From the NCBI GenBank assembly GCA_040005555.1, contig JBDTYT010000001.1, positions 148-64,147 of the forward strand: a stretch of 64,000 bases of DNA, read 5' to 3'. Each line of letters starts with the position of its first letter. Position 1 is the first letter of the stretch. The notes below the pieces were generated by a model. It was not told the DNA's origin. It saw only the letters and a list, made by a program, of their open reading frames with translations, and did not search any database. A program made the position numbers and the translations under genes. Of this stretch, positions 48,650 to 56,837 are shown one piece after another. The DNA is from Actinomycetota bacterium (lineage in GTDB: Bacteria > Actinomycetota > UBA4738 > HRBIN12).

Positions 48650-49339
48650 ATGGCGCCCGAGCTGCCCGTGGGTGAGCCGGTGGACGGCATCGATGCGCAG
48701 CCGCCCTCGCGTGGACCCCTGGAAGGGCGGTTCGTGGCGCTCGAGCCTCTCGAGCCGCCGCGGCACGCGGAGCCGCTGTGGCGAGCCGCCCACGACGGGA
48801 CGCCCGAAGCGAGGCGCCTGTGGACGTACATGCCCTACGGACCGTTCGAAAGCGTCCCCGAGATGCGGTCGTGGTTGGAAGGAGTCGCGGGGTCGACCGA
48901 CCCGATGTTCTTCACGGTGCTTGCGGGCGAGGAGCGTATGCCCATCGGCATGGCGAGCTACCTCAACGTGGACACGGCGATGCGGCACATCGAGCTCGGT
49001 CACATCTGGTTCGCGCCCCGCGCGCAGCGGTCCGAGGCAAACACCGAGACGGCGTACCTGATGATGCGCGAGGCGTTCGAGCGGCTCCGCTACCGGCGCG
49101 TCGAGTGGAAGTGCGATGCCCTGAACGCCCGGTCGCGAGCCGCAGCCCTGCGTCTCGGCTTCACGTTCGAGGGCGTGTTCCGGCGGCACATGATCGTAAA
49201 GAGCCGCAACCGCGACACTGCGTGGTTCTCGGTCATCGACGCCGAGTGGCCCGGGGTCCGCTCGGCCCTCGAGCGGTGGCTGGCGAACGAGCCGGGGGCT
49301 CGTCCGTCGCTCGGGTCACTGCGCGATGCGGAGGGTTGA
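48650..49339 (+). CDS. GNAT family N-acetyltransferase (RimJ/RimL-like, Acetyltransf_3)
   Basis: HIELGHIWFAPRAQRSEANTETAYLMMREAFERLRYRRVEWKCDALNARSRAAALRLGFTFEG. Confidence 0.75.
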   Translation: MAPELPVGEPVDGIDAQPPSRGPLEGRFVALEPLEPPRHAEPLWRAAHDGTPEARRLWTYMPYGPFESVPEMRSWLEGVAGSTDPMFFTVLAGEERMPIGMASYLNVDTAMRHIELGHIWFAPRAQRSEANTETAYLMMREAFERLRYRRVEWKCDALNARSRAAALRLGFTFEGVFRRHMIVKSRNRDTAWFSVIDAEWPGVRSALERWLANEPGARPSLGSLRDAEG

Positions 49340-50578
49340 TCAGCCGCCGTTGATCACGCCGAGGAACGTGTCGTCCCACGTCTCTTGCTCGGTGGGCGAC
49401 AGCACGCGGTAAGGGTGGATCTGGTCGGTCATGTCGGACGTCGGGAAGATCAATGGGCTATCGGCGATGTCCTTGAACCCCGTGCTCTTCAGGACGTCCT
49501 GCGCCTCCGGGACCGGGGGGATCGCGCCGATCCAACTCGTCATCATCGCGGCGATCTCGGGCTTGAAGACGAAGTCCATATAGGTGATGGCGTCGAGCGG
49601 ATGCTCGGACCCTTGGGGGATGGAGAAGTAGTCGGTCCATTGAACCAGCCCTTCCTTCGGGACCGCGAACTTCATGTCCGGATAGCCGCTGATGTTCGAC
49701 TGGTGGATGTCGGGTGACCACGCCATCGAGAGCGCGAGGTCGCCCGACTGCAGGTCGCCGATGTACCCCTGGCCGTAGTACTTGCGCACGATGCCCTTGT
49801 CTCGCTGCTCTCGGAGCAGGTCCGCGGCGGCATTCCAGTCCGACGGGGTCGAATCCGACGGCTCGACACCCATGCCGAGCAGCGTGAGGTTCGGCATGTC
49901 CTCCGTGTCTCCGAACATGCCGACCTTGCCCTCGAACGCCGGGTCGAACAGATCCATGATGCTCGTGATCTCGCGCCCGGTCTGGTCCGGGTTGTAACCG
50001 ATCCCGGTCATGCCCGACGCGAACGGCAGCCCGTGACGGTGGTTCGGGTCGAACGACGGATCCTTGAAGATATCGGCGGCGTGCGCGTTGAAGTTCAGTA
50101 GGAGCGAGTCATCGAGCGGGATGACGTAGTCCAGAGCGATCATGAGGGGGAACCACCGCGGGTACCCCATCACGATCACGTCGAAGCCGGTCGACTGTCC
50201 GGCCGCGATCACCGGCTTGATCTTCGCGAAGAACGATGCGTAGTCGTCGATGACCTCGAGGTAGTCGACCGTGATGCCGGTCTCCTTCGTGAACCGATCG
50301 AGCGAGGGATGGACGGTCTCGCCGTTGACCCTTGCCTTGTCCATGTAGAAGGGCCAGTTCGCGAAGGTGAACTGGCCGGTTTGCTTCTGCGCGCTCCAAT
50401 CGAAGGCACCGGATGGGGCCGGGCTGCCGTTACTGCACGCGGCCAGCACGGAGGCGAGCGAGATCCCCGCGACCCCGACGCCCGCGCTCCGCAGGAGCCG
50501 CCGGCGCGTGAGGATCCGCGACCTCCCGAAACCAGGCCCCGAGGGAACGATCGGCGGATCGGGCACGGGCGTTGTCAT
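49340..50578 (-). CDS. ABC transporter substrate-binding lipoprotein, PotD/PotF (polyamine)-like; Tat signal
   Basis: Tat motif TRRRLLRSAGVGVAG plus lipobox LAACS; PotD-like fold (FTFANWPFYMD...GFDVIVMGYPRWF). No cognate permease or ATPase genes nearby. Confidence 0.75.
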   Translation of the reverse strand: MTTPVPDPPIVPSGPGFGRSRILTRRRLLRSAGVGVAGISLASVLAACSNGSPAPSGAFDWSAQKQTGQFTFANWPFYMDKARVNGETVHPSLDRFTKETGITVDYLEVIDDYASFFAKIKPVIAAGQSTGFDVIVMGYPRWFPLMIALDYVIPLDDSLLLNFNAHAADIFKDPSFDPNHRHGLPFASGMTGIGYNPDQTGREITSIMDLFDPAFEGKVGMFGDTEDMPNLTLLGMGVEPSDSTPSDWNAAADLLREQRDKGIVRKYYGQGYIGDLQSGDLALSMAWSPDIHQSNISGYPDMKFAVPKEGLVQWTDYFSIPQGSEHPLDAITYMDFVFKPEIAAMMTSWIGAIPPVPEAQDVLKSTGFKDIADSPLIFPTSDMTDQIHPYRVLSPTEQETWDDTFLGVINGG

Positions 50579-50597
50579 GGTGTCCCCCTCTTCGACG

Positions 50598-51743
50598 TCA
50601 CGTGTCCCAAAGATCGAGCGGCAGGGCGTTCAAGACCTCGGCGCCGTTCGAGCCTACGTGGATCATCTGTTCTAGCACGATGCCTCCGATCCCGGGGATC
50701 GCGATCCCCGGCTCGATGCACAGCACCATGCCGGCCTCGAGCAGCATGTCACCGTGCGCGAGCCCGATCGGCATCTCGTGCTGAGCCGCCCCCGCTCCGT
50801 GCGGCATGTAGTACCCCCAGAAGGCATCGCCGTATCCTGCGTCGGCGATCGTCGACCGGGCCGCGAGCTGCACGCTGCTCACGCTTGCCCCCGGACGGGC
50901 GGTCGCGGTCGCCGCCCGCACGCCTGCGGCGACCGCATCGAGCATCCGCCGCTGTTCACGGTCGGGGCCGCCGATGACGACCGCTCGGCACATGTCCCCG
51001 TGGTAGCCGCTCACGCGCGCGCCGCAATCCAGTACGACGATGTCGTGCGCCGCGGGCCGGCGTCCGGTCGGCAGGAACGTGGTGAGGGCGGTCCGGGGAC
51101 CGCTGCCGACGATCGTCGTGAACGAGATCTCGGCCCCGGCGAATCGGATGGCGGACTCGGCGCACGCCGCGATCTCGACCTCCGTGGCGCCACCTCGAGC
51201 TCCTTCGATCCCCGCCCGCATCCCGAGGTCCGTCACCCGAGCCGCCTCGCGCATGAAGCCGAGCTCGAGCGGCGACTTTACCGTACGTTGGCGCTCGGTC
51301 AGCGACGTGGCGTCGACCAGCTCGTAGCCCCCCAGGTCCGCGGCAAGGCCCAGGTACACCGGAGCCGGGAACACGGCCAGCCCGCTGATCCCGACCCGGT
51401 CGCCGGGTCTCGCGTGCGCGCGAACGAGCTTCCCGAGCAGCCCTGCCGGAGCCCGGTCGAAGGCGACCGTTCCGGCGAACGCCTCGTCGCGAGCGCGCTC
51501 CTCGTCCCACTCGGCGTCGGTGACAAGCGTCGTCTCGCCGTGGGGCGGCACGAAGACGTAGGACATCTCCTCGTCGATGCACGACCAACGCGCCAGGTAC
51601 CAAAGGTCGGCCGGCGCGTAATCCCTGTGCGCCCCGAAGCAGATCAGCGCGGCGAGCCGCTGCTCGGCCATGAGTGCTTGGAGACGCTCGATCCGTCCTG
51701 CGATCTCCCGGTTGGGGATGACGTCCGACGGGTGCACGATCAA
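50598..51743 (-). CDS. M24-family metallopeptidase (Xaa-Pro aminopeptidase/creatinase-like)
   Basis: Creatinase N-terminal domain plus pita-bread metal ligands (DIVVLDCGARVSGYHGDMCRAVV...HGAGAAQHE...CIEPGI). TTG/GTG start near 51737-51743; the ORF-track 5' extension is rejected. Confidence 0.75.
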   Translation of the reverse strand: MIVHPSDVIPNREIAGRIERLQALMAEQRLAALICFGAHRDYAPADLWYLARWSCIDEEMSYVFVPPHGETTLVTDAEWDEERARDEAFAGTVAFDRAPAGLLGKLVRAHARPGDRVGISGLAVFPAPVYLGLAADLGGYELVDATSLTERQRTVKSPLELGFMREAARVTDLGMRAGIEGARGGATEVEIAACAESAIRFAGAEISFTTIVGSGPRTALTTFLPTGRRPAAHDIVVLDCGARVSGYHGDMCRAVVIGGPDREQRRMLDAVAAGVRAATATARPGASVSSVQLAARSTIADAGYGDAFWGYYMPHGAGAAQHEMPIGLAHGDMLLEAGMVLCIEPGIAIPGIGGIVLEQMIHVGSNGAEVLNALPLDLWDT

Positions 51744-52228
51744 GCGCTCCTCGCCCGCTTGTTGGGTGCGACGTCTTCCTCGCGCAGCTCCCACTCGTAT
51801 CCGAACTTCGAGATATCGAGGACGGTGGAGGTGTCGACCTCCGTGATCCCTTCGATCGCGCGGATCTCGTCCGACAGGAATCGGAGCAACTCCTCCTCCG
51901 ACAGGAAGATGGATTCGCAGATGATGTCGTACGCCCCCGAGCACACGCCGACATACCGGACCGGATGCAGGTCGCGGAGGGCAGACGCGACATCAAGGAG
52001 TGCCCCTGGTGTGCACCGGATACCGAGCCAGACGTTCATTCGGTAGCCGATCTTGTCCGGCTCAACCACGGGCATGATCCGCAGTGCCCCCGACTGAACG
52101 AGCCGGCCGAGTCGGTTCCGCGCCGTTCCCTCACTCACGCTGAGCCGCGTGGCGAGCTCGGCGTAGCTCATCCGTCCGTCGATCTTCAGGCTCGCGATGA
52201 GCTGGCGGTCGATCGAGTCAAGCGACAC
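51740..52228 (-). CDS. Lrp/AsnC family transcriptional regulator
   Basis: HTH (LDSIDRQLIASLKIDGRMSYAELATRLSVSEGTARNRLGRLVQSG) plus RAM domain. GTG start. Confidence 0.85.
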   Translation of the reverse strand: MSLDSIDRQLIASLKIDGRMSYAELATRLSVSEGTARNRLGRLVQSGALRIMPVVEPDKIGYRMNVWLGIRCTPGALLDVASALRDLHPVRYVGVCSGAYDIICESIFLSEEELLRFLSDEIRAIEGITEVDTSTVLDISKFGYEWELREEDVAPNKRARSA

Positions 52229-52405
52229 GGACAGACCCCCTCAGGTTTCCGGTTTCGCTACGCGATGGTAACTCTTTCTGTCGTGTTCGGGAAGAGGGAC
52301 TTCACTCGGTTACGGGTTCCGCAAACACGAACTCGCAGGGTTGCTGGTTCGGGAAACACGGCGGCTCGTGAGGGCGAGCCGAACTCGGAGCCGGAGGACG
52401 CGCGG

Positions 52406-53158
52406 CTAGGCCGGAGCCCGGGACTTCCCGTGCTCCTGGCCCGAGGCCGAGGGGTCGTTCGCCGCGCCGCTCGCGTGTGCGTTCCCAGAGGGGTCCTGCA
52501 CGGCATGTGAGGCATCGGACTTCCCATGGGCGCCGTTCGGTGCCGGCTGTGAGGGATTGGCGGGATGGGCGGCGGGAGGCGACGGCTTGTCGTTCTGACC
52601 CGCTTGGCTGCGGCCGCCGCTCGCTGCGGTGCTGATCCCCGCACCCTTGTCGACGCCCGTCGCGTCGGTGGTGGTGGCGATCTTCGAGATCTCCTCGCCC
52701 GAGCTCGCGGGGTGCCCATCCGACGTTGGAACCGAGATGCCGACCTTCGCGAGCACCTTCGATGCGGCGTCCTGCAAGGGAGCCGGCAGGGCTCCGGCTG
52801 CCGCCAGCCCGGTCGTTGCGATGAGCGTGCCGACGAGGACGAGCGACGCGACCTTTGCCCGGAAGAACCTCGATCGCTCGGACCACCTTTGACCCGAAGC
52901 AGGGGTGGGCGTCTTTGATCCCCGAGGAGCCGGGCGGAGCGCGAGCTCGGTGAGGGCGGCCTCGACGGCCACCGTCTGCATCGAGAGCTCGGCGGGCGAC
53001 GGGGGGAGCGAGAGCGCGCGGACCATATCGACGACGGCCACGTACTCGGCCGGAACCTCCTGGGGCCCGAGCAGACCATCGAGCAGATGATCGACGGTCC
53101 TCTCGTCGAGCATCAGATCACCCGTCGGACGGACTGTGGGATCGTCCGACGTGCTCAT
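52406..53158 (-). CDS. putative anti-sigma factor (single TM, Ala/Ser/Pro-rich extracytoplasmic tail)
   Basis: ATG overlaps the ECF sigma stop (ATGA); ~95-aa cytoplasmic N-terminus, one TM (VASLVLVGTLIATTGLAAAGAL), low-complexity C-terminus. Confidence 0.55.
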   Translation of the reverse strand: MSTSDDPTVRPTGDLMLDERTVDHLLDGLLGPQEVPAEYVAVVDMVRALSLPPSPAELSMQTVAVEAALTELALRPAPRGSKTPTPASGQRWSERSRFFRAKVASLVLVGTLIATTGLAAAGALPAPLQDAASKVLAKVGISVPTSDGHPASSGEEISKIATTTDATGVDKGAGISTAASGGRSQAGQNDKPSPPAAHPANPSQPAPNGAHGKSDASHAVQDPSGNAHASGAANDPSASGQEHGKSRAPA

Positions 53159-53715
53159 CGCGTGATCGCTTCCTCGGTCCGCTCGGTGGCTTGCGTCGCT
53201 AGGCGACGGAGCGCGCTCTGCTGGAGCGCGCGCACCGTTCCGGGTTGCTTGTCCATGATCTTCGCGATCTCCGCGACGGGGAGACCACCGACGGCCCGCA
53301 GCAGGACCACCTCGGCTTGCTCGGGAGGCAAGGTGGCGATGCGTTCGAGCGCCGCCTGCGTGGCGAGCTGCGTCATCGCCTTCTCCTCGATGGCACCTCC
53401 GCGAGCACGCTCGTCGAGCGAGCGCCTCGGAGGCCCGGACCGACGCGCGCGGCGGCGGCGCAGATCGATCATGCGCCTGCGCGCGATCGTGAAGGCCCAT
53501 GCCCGCAAGCCGACTTCGTCCCCCTCGAAGCGATCGAGCCCCGTGGAGATGTCGAGCCACGCGTCCGAGGCGACGTCCTCTGCATCCGAGGGCTCGAGGA
53601 CGCGCAGGTACCGGACGATCCTCGGATACAGGTTCCGAAACAGCTCGCCGAGCGCCCAACCTTGCCCGTCCCGGGCAGCCTGAATCGTGCGTTCGAAATC
53701 CTCGATGGGTCCCAT
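53155..53715 (-). CDS. ECF RNA polymerase sigma factor
   Basis: Region 2 (LFRNLYPRIVRYLRVLEPSDAEDVASDAWLDIS) and region 4 (EVVLLRAVGGLPVAEIAKIMDKQPGTVRALQQSALRRL). Confidence 0.85.
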   Translation of the reverse strand: MGPIEDFERTIQAARDGQGWALGELFRNLYPRIVRYLRVLEPSDAEDVASDAWLDISTGLDRFEGDEVGLRAWAFTIARRRMIDLRRRRARRSGPPRRSLDERARGGAIEEKAMTQLATQAALERIATLPPEQAEVVLLRAVGGLPVAEIAKIMDKQPGTVRALQQSALRRLATQATERTEEAITR

Positions 53716-53861
53716 CCCTCAAGGGGTATCGGTCGAACATCGGCCGAACAGAAGCCGCGATCCGAAGACGCTCGGGCCGCCGTCCTGCCCTCGAGGAAGC
53801 CGGAGGGAACCACCCCGGGGTTCGTGGGGTCATCCCATCGGAACGAAGGGAGGAGGCCGTC

Positions 53862-54464
53862 ATGGCAGCTCGGCTCACCCATCAAGGTTCGTGGCTCGCC
53901 GCGGGTTTCGTCCTGGTGATGACGCTCGCTCTTGTGCCCGGCGTCGCCCAGGCGAGCGGTGGCGGCGGGTGCGGACAGGCCGTGACCGACCGCACCGGCA
54001 CGCAGGTGCAGATCTCGGGGTTCTGCTTCGGGCCGACCATCACCCGCGTGAATCCCAGCGCCGAGGTCACGTTCACGAACCTCGACCCGGTTCCCCACTC
54101 GATCCTCGGTGCGAACGGGTCGTGGGGGGGATACGACGCATTGAAGAGGCACCAGCCGGTGACCTACCGTTTCTCGGAACCCGGCGTGTACCCGTACGTG
54201 TGCACGTTCCACATCGGCATGGTGGGCGTGGTGGTCGTCGGCGACGGGATCGGAGGTGCGATCGACACCACGACCAAGGACGGACCCGTTACGCAGGTCG
54301 AGGGCTCTTCGCCTGTCGCGAACGTCGTCGCGGTTCAACCGGCCGCCGCGCCTGTTGGCGACCCTGGTGCATGGCCGGCGGTTGCGCTCGCGGCGTTCGG
54401 GTTGGTCGTGGTGGTGGCCGGAGGCTTCCTCGTCGCCCGTCGGCGACGGGGGTCGGTAGCCTGA
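53862..54464 (+). CDS. membrane-anchored cupredoxin (type-1 blue copper protein, amicyanin/pseudoazurin-like)
   Basis: Signal peptide; copper ligands His (PVPHSILG) and C-x2-H-x2-M (YVCTFHIGM); C-terminal TM anchor (WPAVALAAFGLVVVVAGGFLVARRRR). Confidence 0.7.
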   Translation: MAARLTHQGSWLAAGFVLVMTLALVPGVAQASGGGGCGQAVTDRTGTQVQISGFCFGPTITRVNPSAEVTFTNLDPVPHSILGANGSWGGYDALKRHQPVTYRFSEPGVYPYVCTFHIGMVGVVVVGDGIGGAIDTTTKDGPVTQVEGSSPVANVVAVQPAAAPVGDPGAWPAVALAAFGLVVVVAGGFLVARRRRGSVA

Positions 54465-54468
54465 CCGT

Positions 54469-55647
54469 GTGAGCCGCGTCCTCACGTTTCTCGTCCTGTG
54501 CGCAGCCTTTGCGGGGGCGTGCTCGACGGGGGGCGATGCAGGCTTCGACACGACGTCGCCACCGAGCCCGTCGAACACCGGCGTCACCCCGAGCCCTCCG
54601 AACCTCGCCGCGGCGCGGGTCGGCCTGAAGCAGATCGCGGTGCTCGAGCAGCCCCTTGCCATGGCCGTACGCCCGGGCGACCCCGCCCTCTATGTCGCCG
54701 AGAAACCGGGACGCGTCGTCGCCCTGCGTGGGACCGCCGAGCCGGAGGTCGTGCTCGATATCTCGGACGAGGTCTCGCTCGGCGGCGAACAGGGGCTGCT
54801 CGGGCTCGCTTTCTCACCCGACGGCGACTTCCTGTACGTCGACTACACGGACACGACCGGCGACACGCACATCTCGGAGTTCGAGGTACACCACGGCGAG
54901 ATCGATGCTTCGACGGAGCGCCTGGTCCTCTTCGTCAACCAACCGTTCTCGAACCATAACGGTGGACAGCTCGTGTTCGGACCGGACGGGGACCTCTACA
55001 TCGGGCTCGGCGACGGCGGCAGCGCAGGCGATCCGATGGACAACGGGCAGTCGCTCCAGACGCTGCTGGGAAAGATCCTGCGCATCTCGCCTCGTCCCGC
55101 CGAGGGCGATCCGTACACGATCCCGGACGGCAACCCCTTCGCCGACGGCGCGGCTCGCGAGATCTGGGACTACGGCCTGCGGAACCCCTGGCGCTTTTCG
55201 TTCGACCGGCTGACCGGCGATCTGTGGATCGGCGACGTCGGCCAGAACGCCTGGGAGGAGGTCGACTTCGCGGCCGCGGGGTCGACGAGCGGCCTGAATT
55301 TCGGATGGAACCTGTTCGAGGGCACGCACCCGTTCGAACCTGGTGCCGCGGCGCAGACGGTGCCGCCCGTCTACGAATACCCCCACAACGGAAGCACGTG
55401 CGTGGTCACGGGCGGCTATGTCTACCGAGGCCAGGAGATCCCGGCGCTCGAGGGCGCCTACGTCTTCGGGGATTTCTGCCTCGGCCGACTCGAGGCGCTC
55501 CGGCAGCTCGACGGTCAGGACCCGCAGGTCGTGGATCTCGGGCCGGTCGTCGAGAACCTCGCGTCGTTCGGCGAGGACGCGAACGGCGAGCTCTACGCGC
55601 TCTCGCTCTCGGGTCCGGTGTACCGGCTGGTGGCGGTCACGTCTTAG
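54469..55647 (+). CDS. PQQ-dependent soluble sugar (glucose/sorbosone) dehydrogenase family lipoprotein
   Basis: Lipobox AGACS; GSDH hallmarks (FSNHNGGQLVFGPDGDLYIGLGDGG, RNPWRFSFD, GWNLFEG). GTG start 5 nt after the cupredoxin stop. Confidence 0.8.
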   Translation: MSRVLTFLVLCAAFAGACSTGGDAGFDTTSPPSPSNTGVTPSPPNLAAARVGLKQIAVLEQPLAMAVRPGDPALYVAEKPGRVVALRGTAEPEVVLDISDEVSLGGEQGLLGLAFSPDGDFLYVDYTDTTGDTHISEFEVHHGEIDASTERLVLFVNQPFSNHNGGQLVFGPDGDLYIGLGDGGSAGDPMDNGQSLQTLLGKILRISPRPAEGDPYTIPDGNPFADGAAREIWDYGLRNPWRFSFDRLTGDLWIGDVGQNAWEEVDFAAAGSTSGLNFGWNLFEGTHPFEPGAAAQTVPPVYEYPHNGSTCVVTGGYVYRGQEIPALEGAYVFGDFCLGRLEALRQLDGQDPQVVDLGPVVENLASFGEDANGELYALSLSGPVYRLVAVTS

Positions 55648-55751
55648 CGCGTTCCCTCGACTCGATGACCTGTCGGTGGCGATGTGTCTGAACTCAACCC
55701 GACCGGCGCGCCCCGCGGTGGGATCGCGCAACCGTGAGACCATCGGAAACG

Positions 55752-56837
55752 ATGCAGATCGGTATCTACACGTTCGCGGAGCGCTCGCCCGACCCGGTCA
55801 CGGGCGAGGTGATCGATCACGCGCAGCGACTGCACAACCTGATGGAAGAGGTCGAGCTCGCCGATCAGGTGGGTCTCGACGTCTTCGGCGTCGGCGAGCA
55901 CCACCGTCCCGACTTCGTCGTTTCGGCGCCCGCGGTCGTGCTGGCCGCCGCCGCCGAGCGCACGACCACGATCCGGCTGACGAGCGCCGTGTCCGTCATC
56001 AGCTCGGCTGATCCCGTCCGCGTGTTCCAGGACTTCGCGACGCTCGACCTGCTCTCGGGCGGCCGGGCCGAGATCATGGCCGGCCGCGGCTCGTTCGTCG
56101 AGTCGTTCCCGCTGTTCGGGTTCGACCTCGAGCACTACGACGAGCTCTTCGCCGAGAAGCTCGGGCTGTTGCTGAAGCTACGCGAGTCCGAGCGGGTCAC
56201 GTGGTCGGGAAGGTTCCGCGCGTCGATCGATGACCTCGGTGTGTACCCGCGGCCGCTGCAGGACCTCCTCCCGATCTGGATCGCCGTGGGCGGCAATCCC
56301 GAGTCGGCGATCCGCGCCGGGACGCTCGGCTTGCCGATGGCGCTCGCGATCATCGGCGGCATGCCGAAGCGGTTCGCTCCGTTCGCGAAGCTGCATCGCC
56401 AAGCGGCGCTGCGTTCCGGCCATGACCCGGCGCCGGCACTCAGCATCAACTCGCACGGATTCATCGCGGAGACATCGCAGCGAGCGCTCGACGAGTCGTT
56501 CCCCTCGGTCGCGGCCACGATGAACCGCATCGGCCGCGAGCGCGGCTGGTCTCCGATGGGGCGAGCCGAGTACGACCAGGCCGCCACGCTGCACGGCGCC
56601 AACTTCGTCGGCAGTCCGCAGCAGGTGATCGAGAAGATCTTGTTCCAGTACGAGATCTTCCACCACGATCGGTTCCTCGTGCAGTTCAGCGTGGGAACGA
56701 TGCCGCATGACAAGATCATGCGGTCGATCGAGCTGCTCGGCACCGAAGTCGCGCCGGCCGTTCGCGAGGAAGTTGAGCGTCGACGTCAGACGGATCCGTC
56801 TGCCGCCCACTCGGCCGAACGATCGGTCGAGGGTTAG
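55752..56837 (+). CDS. LLM-class flavin-dependent oxidoreductase (luciferase-like monooxygenase)
   Basis: [10 protein letters not shown]...[11 protein letters not shown]...[11 protein letters not shown]; TIM-barrel LLM signatures. Confidence 0.8.
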   Translation: MQIGIYTFAERSPDPVTGEVIDHAQRLHNLMEEVELADQVGLDVFGVGEHHRPDFVVSAPAVVLAAAAERTTTIRLTSAVSVISSADPVRVFQDFATLDLLSGGRAEIMAGRGSFVESFPLFGFDLEHYDELFAEKLGLLLKLRESERVTWSGRFRASIDDLGVYPRPLQDLLPIWIAVGGNPESAIRAGTLGLPMALAIIGGMPKRFAPFAKLHRQAALRSGHDPAPALSINSHGFIAETSQRALDESFPSVAATMNRIGRERGWSPMGRAEYDQAATLHGANFVGSPQQVIEKILFQYEIFHHDRFLVQFSVGTMPHDKIMRSIELLGTEVAPAVREEVERRRQTDPSAAHSAERSVEG

